Below are positions 24,181-34,243 of a stretch of 64,000 nt of DNA, piece by piece (positions within the stretch are counted from its first letter, which is position 1; the number at the start of each line of letters is the position of its first letter). The DNA is from Octopus sinensis. Taxonomy: Eukaryota. Made by a program: the position numbers and the translations under genes. The notes beneath the pieces were generated by a model. That model worked only from the letters and a program-made list of their open reading frames with translations, was not told the DNA's origin and did no database searches. The DNA lies in NCBI RefSeq assembly GCF_006345805.1, contig NC_043005.1:2046001-2110000 (forward strand). The letters are read 5' to 3'.

Positions 24181-25592
24181 ATAATCTGCCCAATTTTCAA
24201 GAAAGGGAGCCGCGAGGACCCGCTTAACTACCGACCAGTTTCCCTTACTTCAATAATCAGCAAGATGTTCGAAACCATCCTTAAGAAAAGTATGTTGCTC
24301 CACCTCCAAAACACAACCTCTGTCTTTGATTCCCAATACGGCTTCGTGCCGAATAGATCATGCTTGACCAACTTACTGGTAATGGAAGAATTGGTGACGC
24401 GCATCCTCGATGATGGTGATGCTGTTGACATCGTTCTATTGAACTTTGTCAAAGCTTTTGATTCGGTTAACCACCGCCTATTACTTGTCAAGCTTCAAGC
24501 ATATCGCTTCCATCCGGATATTGTACGATGGGTTGGTGTATTCCTCTCAGATCGCTCCTTCCAAGTCCAAGTTAATAGTTCGCTGTCCGACCTCTTCAGT
24601 GCGAGCATTGGCGTGCCTCAAGGTTCAGTGCTTGGGTCCTTATTGTTTTTAGTCTTCATAAATGACTTCCCGGCGACCTCACGCAACACACACTTCTATT
24701 TGCCGATGATGTCAAACTGGTCGCTCCTCGCGGTGATATAGAGGATCTTCGTCGATACCTCCACCAAGTTTGGGGATGGTCTAACGAATGGGACCTGTGT
24801 CTGAACGTGTCAAAGTGCTGTCATCTGCCTGTTGGCTCTTCTCCTGCAACTCAACCTGATTTCGAGCCGGGTCGTCTGTTGCTGGAGAGGACCGACCAGG
24901 TAAAGGACCTGGGTATCTTGGTGGATTCTTCCTTTTCGCCTTCGGCCCAGTGCGTTCATGTTACCAACAAAGCACGCGGAGTTCTGTTTTTGATTCGACG
25001 GTCATTCGGAATGCTCACAGCAGCCATATTCCTACCGCTCTATGTCACGCTGGTGAGACCCATATTGGAGTATGGGATTCAAGCCTCTTCTCCTTATCTC
25101 CTCAAAGAAATACATCATCTCGAAAGAGTCCAGAAGCTGGCTACCCGCATGGTTCTTGGTCTCAAGCATTTGTCTTATGAAGAAAGGCTGAAGACGCTCG
25201 ACCTTTACTCTCTAGAAAAACGACGACGCCGTGGTGATCTCATTCTCGCCTACAACATCATAAGCGGAAAGTGTAACCTCTCGAAAGAGCTGTTCTTCAC
25301 TCCTGCTCCAGAGCGTCGGCTTTGGGGTCACTCCGAAAAGCTCTATCTTCGACGATTTCATCTCAATCGAAGGAGAGGGGCTTTCTCCGTCCGGGTTGCG
25401 GATCCGTGGAATAAGCTGCCGGACGAGATAGTGAAGATGCCGACGACCGCTCGATTCAAAGTCTCTCTTGACCAGAAATGGCCTGAACTCTTTGCATGAA
25501 CACCCTCCGTGTACATAACTCCATGTCCCCCTACATGGCCTTGCTTTTTGCTTTTTGAGCCAAAAAATTAACTTAACTTAACTTAACTTAAC
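24181..25592 (+). mobile_element. CR1-like LINE 3' half (RT + C-terminus), 5'-truncated
   Basis: PIFKKGSREDPLNYRPVSLTSIISKMFE, QYGFVPNRSCLTNLL, GVPQGSVLG, then a frameshift to FADDVKL. ORF 24807-25499 ends ...FSVRVADPWNKLPDEIV. Tail (ttaac)n at ~25568-25592. Confidence 0.9.
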
Positions 25593-25832
25593 TTATTATG
25601 CAAATAATTAATTCAGTCGAATGTTGTGAGAAAAATATTTCAACAGGAACATTTTCTGAAATATAAAAATCAAAACCAAGCAACTGCATATAATATAACA
25701 AAGAAAGAGAAGATATAAAAAATAAAAATAAATATACGTAAAGAAGTATATAACTACACATGTACAAACATGTTATACATACATGCAAGCACACATGCAT
25801 ACATACATGCATACATACATACACACACACGC

Positions 25833-25864
<32 letters not shown>

Positions 25865-26012
25865 GAACGCATGCACACACACGCACCTATTATGCATACA
25901 TGCACACACACAAACGCACACACAAATACATATGTTGGATAATAAAACGAATGGTTTACAAGTGGTAGCTTACTGGTAAAGCACGGTCACTTTGACAGTG
26001 ATTGTTATGTAA

Positions 26013-26431
26013 ATGGCAAATGAAAGACGGAAGATGGAGTATACGAGGATTTATTATTAATAACAACAATTGTTTCGACACATCTAGGATAGATTCCTCA
26101 CGGGTGGGACACTCAACCACTCGTTCAGGAGCACCCGGCGGCGCAGGTGTGTCTCGTCGGGGGATAAATAAACGTAGACGGTGGAAATAAGCCAGACGGA
26201 GGAAATATCTGTTTGACCGCTTTTCTTTCTTCAAAACGAGAAGTTACATTGCGGAACTGTTGTTTTTATGAGTTGCATTTATTTATCACCCGCTGAGATA
26301 CATCTGCACCACCGGATGCTCCCGAACCAGTTGTTGAGTGTCCCACCCGTGATGAATCTATGCTAGATGTATCAAAACAATTGTCGTTATTAATAATAAA
26401 TTCTCGTATATTCCATCTTCTGTCTTTCATT

Positions 26432-26437
<6 letters not shown>
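26013..26437. repeat. Imperfect inverted repeat, ~160-bp arms
   Basis: 26013-26173 is the approximate reverse complement of 26278-26437. Confidence 0.85.
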
Positions 26438-26515
<78 letters not shown>

Positions 26516-26810
26516 GTAACAAAAACAGGACAGTAACGACAGTACAAAATATAAACAGTAAAAGACAGGACAAGGAGAATAACAAGACAAGAAGGACTGT
26601 TAACGCCGAACGAGAAAAAGTATTACGAACGCTATTTTTTAGAACGGCGAAGGAGCAACAGAAAATGCCGTCCACACTTCAAGGAAGTCAGGTCAGAAAG
26701 ACAGTAGCAGAGCTCTCGTCGCGAGTCAACGACGGGAGGGAGGAGGAGGAGCATATTTGTAGGAGGTTGAAAAGGAACACACGAGTTGATATATATATAT
26801 ATATATATAT

Positions 26811-27187
26811 ATGGAAAAAAGTCAAGGTAGAAAATGCTAAAAAAATTTTATAAAAAATATTTCAGTACCGGTTTCGGCCATTGAGACTTTTTCAACTGTA
26901 AGTATGGAAAACAAATTTGAGAAAAATTAAATGAAAAGTTTTTTAAAAGAATATTTGCATAGTATTCAAATACAAGGGGCATGTTCCTTGTTTCTGCCTC
27001 TCACTGTCTCTCACCCCTTCTATTTGAATACTATGCAAATATTCTTTTAAAAAAATATTTCATTTAATTTTTCCAAAATTTAATCGTTTTCCATACTTAC
27101 AGTTGAAAAAGTCTCAATGATAGAAACCGGTACTGAAATGTTTTTTATAAAATTATTTTAGTATTTTCTACCTTGACTTTGTTCCAT
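26811..27187. repeat. Imperfect inverted repeat, ~170-bp arms, 34-nt spacer, bounded by (TA)n
   Basis: 26811-26979 is the approximate reverse complement of 27014-27187. Each arm contains a hammerhead-like motif. Confidence 0.88.
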
Positions 27188-27196
27188 ATATATATA

Positions 27197-27747
27197 CCAC
27201 TTGCTATAATCAGATCCATCGCTCCAAAACCACACCGGTAAATCACTATTAAGATACACACGGGCAAAGCAATGAACATAGGAGAAACAGGCTTACCTTG
27301 CGTGGAATACATACGTAAGGAATGTATATTTCAATATAAGTTGGTTTCACCCTTCATGTGACAAACATACTCAGGGATCGTCAGTTGAAAATAACATTTT
27401 TAACATCTATTTCTGAAATATTCATCAGATTACTTCATGTTTGCTCTTTACTTTCAACGCCCCCGTGACATTTAAAACAAAACTATCGTGAGCCGGTATA
27501 AATTTAAATAAAGAAGTATTATTTCCGTTATGAATGATAACAATAAGGTCGCCAGCAACTTTACACCTTTACAGAGAATGTTTGTCAAACTGGGGGTGAA
27601 ACCAATTGATATTGAAACATACATTCCTTACGTATTTATTCCACGCAAGGTAAGCCTGATTCTCCTATGTTCATTGCATTACTCGTGTGTATCTTAATAG
27701 TGAATTAGTGATGGTTTTGGTGCGATGGATCCGATTAGAGCAAGGGG
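27197..27747. mobile_element. MITE with ~175-bp TIRs and TA flanks (Tc1/mariner-type)
   Basis: ta|ccacttgctataatcagatccatcgc...gcgatggatccgattagagcaagggg|ta. Arms match to about 27370 and 27575; no coding capacity. Confidence 0.75.
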
Positions 27748-27890
27748 TATCTAAATACCCTACTCAAACTAAATTTAGCTTATATTTTGCCTGTAAAGGT
27801 GTAAACGTGCTACCTACCTTATCATTATCATTAGTAAGGGTAATAACTTTCCCCGGCATACACATTTTCATACGCATATACATATGTATG

Positions 27891-27945
<55 letters not shown>

Positions 27946-29192
27946 TTACACACATAGACACACGTACGCTTACACATGTTCGCATAAACACACACACTCG
28001 AGCATATACACCTATACACATAAATATATACACATGTACACACATATGAATAGGCACATACTCACATACACACTCATATATAATTATACAGAAACATGCA
28101 TACGCGCACACGCGCATGAGCATACACGCGCATGAGCATACACGCGCATGCGCACACGCACAAGTACACTCATATCCAAGAATACATTAGTTTCATCTGA
28201 TATTTTCACTTTTTTACGTTTCATGAAAATTAAATTAAGGGGTTCAAGCCAACCTAACGCTACACAAATTCCCTTTTGATGGTGATGATGAGGACGACGT
28301 CGATGATGACAAACCACAGTGATAACGATGAGGATGGTGATGATGATAGTGATGATAATGTCAGCGCTAATCATCAACCGCCGCTCAACGACATCTCATT
28401 CCTTTATCTCTTTCCTCTTAATTCTTTTATTCTTGTTTTAGTTACATTCTTCTCCAAATTCTTTTTATTCTTTTTGCTTTTCTTTCTTTCTTCTATTTTT
28501 TTTTCAACTTGAACATATTGTTTTAATTCAAGGGATTTAGACACACGGACCTCAGTAACTTTTAGTCCGGGCCCGGGATCAGTTTAATGTAAACAACTTA
28601 TTATTTCTGAATTTCAAATGTTTTATAAAAAAAATTGATATTCTCTAGAAATATCCGGAATAAAAGTGGTGAAACACGCACCCCACCTCCACCCTTGTTA
28701 GCTCACAAGATCCCACATCCTTATCCTAATGGAATCCTCGATCCAATGCATTTCACTCCCCGCTTCTCTAATTTATCCCACCCCTACTCTTCCAAATATA
28801 TCCCCTTTCACGATCCACTACTGTTTAAAATATGTCTTTCACTTCTCCCCAAAGCTCAATCCATTGAACTCATTCACTGCGGAATGTGCAACGAACATCC
28901 TCCTCTCACATAAAGCTACAAACTCCTAATGTGGATTTCACTTAACTGCAATTTAACGTCGTGCGCGCGCGTGTGCTTATATATCGGTCAGGAATGTACT
29001 ACAAAACATCCCCACAACCCAGAGCCATAGCAATTTACTGGGGCGAATCCAAATATAACCAGCAGACAGATGCGGCGATCCTACATTTAATAATTTGAAC
29101 GACATAATAATGAAATCTGCCCTCAGAGATTTACCATCAAAAGACGTCAGTTTTTTAATACAAATTATGTACGATGTTTTGGAACCCATGTC

Positions 29193-29252
29193 TCATAGTA
29201 CCATTTGGTACATCATAGTACCATTTGGTACATCATAGTACCATTTGGTACA
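29193..29252. repeat. 3 x 20-bp perfect tandem repeat with internal palindrome
   Basis: (tcatagtaccatttggtaca)x3; contains gtacca-tt-tggtac. Confidence 0.9.
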
Positions 29253-29699
29253 CAGCAGCCACACACTGAAAGGTCGTAAAAAGTTCGTCACAACTGAAAA
29301 GTACTTTATATTTGTCAGGAGCTTGAAAAATGCTATGAAAATCTTAAACAATGAGTATAAATTAGTATAAATGGTATATATGATGGGTGCAAACTCGTGT
29401 TCGAGTATCGCCGTCGCCTAATCAAAACGTCCCACGCATGCGATGGCTACGACCGGCCATTTTTGTGATAGGTCTTACTTTATTTTTCAAGCGATGCCTG
29501 TGCATGATGACTTTTTTATAGTTGGGAGGGATTTGCACAGATTCAATCCCACTCTCTGAACAGGGACAATGTAAAGTTGAAAAGTTTTCTCATAGAGTTT
29601 CTCTCTCCGAGACAATCGTTGTAACAACAACAGAGACAGCTCCCACTCCCAGTGGGCCAACCGCTTACCTGGACATCAACCCAGGTATTTACACGTTCC

Positions 29700-29799
<100 letters not shown>

Positions 29800-29833
29800 T
29801 ACACATGTACACATATTGGTCGTTCATTGCTCA

Positions 29834-29904
29834 TGACTCTAAAACCACATCAAATATTCATACAGCATGCTTCTGTATGAATATTTGATGTGGTTTTAGA
29901 GTCA
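29834..29904. repeat. Perfect 32-bp-arm hairpin
   Basis: tgactctaaaaccacatcaaatattcatacag-catgctt-ctgtatgaatatttgatgtggttttagagtca. Confidence 0.9.
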
Positions 29905-30339
29905 AGTTTTTACTGCTATATCTAGCATGGTTGTATCTTTAAGATACCCTTAATTATAATTTTAATAATAATTTATATATATATAATACACTGCATTATT
30001 TTGAGATTGCTAGTGTTAACAATACCCGCAAATAAAATACAGACTGGAGTTGCAGTGCTGCAAGTGAGCTATATTCCGCTTAATAATCTGAATGGAGGCA
30101 ATGCAAGCGGAAACTAGAGGAACATAATTAATAACCACGCTCAAACTTCCATCTATGGGCCGTTTCAGAGACGTGCCAAGTAATATGATATATTTCATAT
30201 TTTTAAAACTGACACTTCCCTTATCAAGATCTTTTCACACAATACAGAAAAAACATACAGAAATACAATTATACAGTTACATACCAGCCAGCCAAAAAAA
30301 AAAAAAATGTGTGTGTGTATAAATATATATTATAGTTTA

Positions 30340-30500
30340 AATTTGCATAAAAACGAAAGACGAAGACAGGTGTATGCACAACAAACAGGTGTATTAGTTT
30401 GACGCTCGGGAAAGTGAGAAAGTATTTTACGTTTCGAGTCTACGCTCCTCAACAGAAAGGAATAAGATAAAATAATCAGAGAGAATCAACGTACGGAGTA
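30340..30500 (-). mobile_element. Penelope-like terminal repeat with CUGUUGA hammerhead-like motif (30425-30460)
   Basis: Minus strand reads ccttt-CTGTTGA-g-gagc(gtag)actc-GAAAC-GTA-aaata. Homologous to 2540-2760. Confidence 0.5.
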
Positions 30501-31259
30501 AGAAAAAAACAGAAAGTTCAAAAATGTTCAAAAAGGTTCAAGGAACTCAATCTATTTTTACAATAATATAATCAACCTAAAGATGGGACCCTGACAAGTT
30601 CTACTCCGGCCTCGGCCGTAGTGGTGATTCACCTCCTGCAACTGAAGCTTTACCACCCGACGTAGTTTAATGTTAGATCATTATATATAAATAAACACAC
30701 GAATACATATGTATGAGTGTGTATCAATGTTTATATAAATATATTTATGTATATACTTGCATGTTTGTGTATGTGTTTATATTAGACATTTTAATTTTCA
30801 TACTAAATTCGCCAACATGTCCAACCTCATCTCTTTGTCGCTCATCCTACCTTTAATACCTTCCAGCCTCCTCTATGAATTCGCTACTTTCTGTTTTCCT
30901 TCCGATATTTCTTTTTTCTTTTTTATCCAATTTTTCTGCTTTGAATTCTTTTCTTCAACGCAGAATAAACCACCTTTATGTCACCCATCATCCTCTAATC
31001 ACAGAAACTGTAGCGAAACTACCCAACTGATTGTTTAGTTTTTGTTTATTTTTACTACTTTAATTGACTTTCTGGTCTTTAGGCGGAACACTTCAGGTTT
31101 CTCTTTTTTGATTTCCTTTTTTACAATTAATATTTCATTGTTACTTTCTATTCACTTCATAGCCTTCGCAAGACTTTCGAGTCGTTCTCTCAGCTTCACA
31201 CTTCGATTTAATATTTCAAAACTAATTATTTTCAATAATGAATACTAATGTTATTTTCA

Positions 31260-31338
<79 letters not shown>

Positions 31339-32677
31339 GTTAGTAAATTATAGTTCCCTGTTGAAGACGTCACGGCTGTTCAGTTTCTTTCTATCTAAAG
31401 CTCCTTATGTTTTTCTTAGTACCTACCATAATATAGAAACACTCTACTACGATCTTCCTTTTATTCGCATTATAAAGTCCATCTCGTTCACTTTTTGCCG
31501 TGCCACTCTCCGTCAAACATGGAAAGTCGGGATCGCCTTTTCTGTTTAATAAATCTGTCGTTTGTTCACATGAGGTTTCTTATGTTTAATAACTTTAAGA
31601 ATCCATGTACCATATATGTATAACATATGCACCAATTCATACATGTGTGAATACATGTGTGTGCGTGTGTGTGGTGTGTGTGTGTGTGTGTATGTGTGCG
31701 TGTGCGTGTGTGTGCGTGTGCGTGTGTGTGTGTGTGTGTCCGTGTTTATGTTTGCACTGAGATCATAATAGTTGTTTACGCTCAGTCACAACTTCTCCTA
31801 ACTCAGCGGTTCACAAGTAGCAGATTGAATCTTCAGCTGTTCTCAGTCAGCTGTTTTCCTCCGTTCTTCTCTTTGCTGTTGTTTTCCTACAATAAATCGG
31901 TTTCGTCAACAATAAATATTTGTTTTAAAGAATCTAAAACTTATGGGGTTATTTTTTGTTTTTTTTTTCGTTTTTTTTTTTTAAGATTCTTGTTGCACAA
32001 AACCTTACTTCGAAGTTTTTGTCGGATTCTTTTCTAGTTTAAAGTTGATTTCATATTAAAATTTTCATTTCTAGATAAATTCAGTTTCATGACAGTTTCA
32101 TACTACATTTTAAATTCTGATTCTTGAACTCAAGAATAATTTACAAAATAAATGAGATTGACGTGTGTGTAGGTGTTCCTAAAGAATATGGCCTACTTCA
32201 CAATCGCAGATGGTCGATGGAAATCAAAAACATAGAAGGGAAATTAAAGATCGAAAAGAAAACAACGAAGTGACATTTTTAAATGATGAGCCAAGCGCTG
32301 CATAAGCGGTGGCGGAACTGTAGACTTAAATACAACTTTGCTTAGAGATTGGGATAGAATGCCTTGTGGCATTAGCTTCAATTCTGTGCGCTCTGAGTTC
32401 ACCTGCTGCCAACATCGACGTTGCATTTCATATTTTCTGGATTCATATACCAAATAATAATAATAATGATAATAATAACAATAATGATAAATAAAAATCC
32501 AGGGGCGGTGTAATGGCGGAATCGTGTCTATTGGTGCCATAATAAACCGGTGCGTGTTTCCTCGTTGTACATCATCGGTGGCGGCGAGAGGGGTGACTTT
32601 ATCTAGGTCTGTGCCTTTGGAGGGAAATTTGCATGCGCAGAAACCTATTATGAGTTTATGACCGAAGGAAAGAATCT

Positions 32678-32742
<65 letters not shown>

Positions 32743-32804
32743 GGAGTAAACACATAAATGTGAAACAAGGTGGAAAAAAGAGTGCTCAAATACCAGTGGT
32801 TAGC

Positions 32805-32853
32805 AAAAACTGTCTGATGAACGGCAACGAGAAACTCAGAGTAACAGATTTTG
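32805..32853 (+). ncRNA. Type I minimal hammerhead ribozyme motif (canonical core) within a probable Penelope-like repeat (~32720-32880)
   Basis: caaaa-a-ctgt-CTGATGA-a-cg(gcaa)cg-a-GAAAC-tcaga-GTA-acag-a-ttttg. Stem I is ctgt/acag extended by caaaa/ttttg; stem III is ACTC-A-GAGT; cleavage triplet GUA. Stem II is closed by an A.A mismatch. Confidence 0.7.
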
Positions 32854-32879
32854 TTGAATTTTCTGCTGCTTTAAATAAA

Positions 32880-32916
<37 letters not shown>

Positions 32917-32918
<2 letters not shown>

Positions 32919-34243
32919 GGGTGGGACAGAGAGGACGGACCTTTTAGAAATGGCTATTACTCAGCTCCAGGGTGAGTGACATATGTCCGACAAGTACCAT
33001 CCGTGGTATCTTAGCATTTGTCTTTTTCTTTTCAGGTGAAACCATGTCGCTGTGGGCGATAGAGCATCGCGTGTTTGCCTACGACAGTAATGTGAAGAAT
33101 AACGAGTCTGCCACACCAGTTAAACGTAAGTTTAGGCGCCACTTCAACATTCATTGAATCAGGCTGTTCCCACCCGTAACACAATCTTATGTTGGGTGAA
33201 TGCACTTCGTACATGAGGTACACTAATGAATAGCAGACCAGTGGAGTGCCACGAACGGTACGGACCCCGGAAAATGTGGAACATGTCAGACAAGCTTTCA
33301 TATGGAGTCCGAATCGCTTTGCTCGGAGACATTCCACTGAACTTGGCATCAGTAATTGAGCGGTGAGGCATATTTTGCATTCCCCCCTGTATTTCCACCC
33401 ATGTAAATTGGTCACTGGGCAACAGTTGAAACCATGGGACTATGTGCAGCAGCCTAACTTTGCATGTCAGATGGAAGTAATTTTTGAGGCAAATGACAAC
33501 TGCATTTTGTTAATGAGTGATGGAGTTCATTTTGATCTCAATGGCATGGTGAATCAACAGAACTGTCGTTATTGGGCTCTTGAAAATCCGAGAGAACTGC
33601 ACAAAAGACCACTGCACAGCCCCAATGTAATGGTCTGGTGTACTGTTGGAAAAGCTGCCGTCATTGGTCTGTACTTGTTTGAAGACAACAATGGGAATGC
33701 TGTTACTGTGAACGTCGAGCATTACATCGAGAGGACGATTGACTTCTTTGTGCCTGAATTACGACGGAAACGCATCCCTATTCAACATGTGTGGCTTCAG
33801 AAGGATGGGGCGATTGCCCACACAGCCAGAGCATCAATGGATGTTCTTCACCCTCTTTTCAGTGACTGCCTCATTTTCAGGTTTGTTGACCTTCCTTGCC
33901 CCCCCCCCCGTCCCCTGATTTGTCCATGTCTGATTATTTCTTGTGGGGAAACCTCAAAGTGCGTGTGTATGTGCCGCATATTGGATGATTTGAAAGAAAC
34001 TATTCGTGTGGAAGTCACCCAAATCAACAGAACATTGCTAGAAAGAGTGGAAACCTACTTCCAAGAACACCTTCAGAAATGCATCAAGTAAAATGAACAC
34101 CACATGATGGATGTTGTTTTCCACATTTGATTTTGACAAATGCTAATTCAATACAAACACATTGGCGTCAATAAAATTTGCTTGCAGCTAAAATTAATGA
34201 TTTTGAATTTTTCAAAAACCTCTGACCTCTTTGTCCCACCATG
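32917..34243 (+). mobile_element. DD41D (rosa/Visitor-like) mariner transposon, defective
   Basis: Imperfect 23-bp TIRs (cagggtgggacagagaggacgga vs catggtgggacaaagaggtcaga), flanked by TA-rich sequence. N-terminus MSLWAIEHRVFAYD..KRKFRRHFNI; LMSDGVHF, VMVWC, WLQKDGAIAH; after a frameshift PDLSMSDYFLWG. 41 residues between D2 and D3 after repairing the frameshift. Confidence 0.88.

Noticed and set aside
26345-26388. gtgatga-atcta(tgc)tagat...aaac-aatt-gtc hammerhead-like word in the inverted-repeat arms
   Set aside because: Altered core, five extra unpaired bases and no stem I.
29193-29252. CRISPR-like palindromic direct repeats
   Set aside because: No spacers, eukaryotic context and no cas genes.
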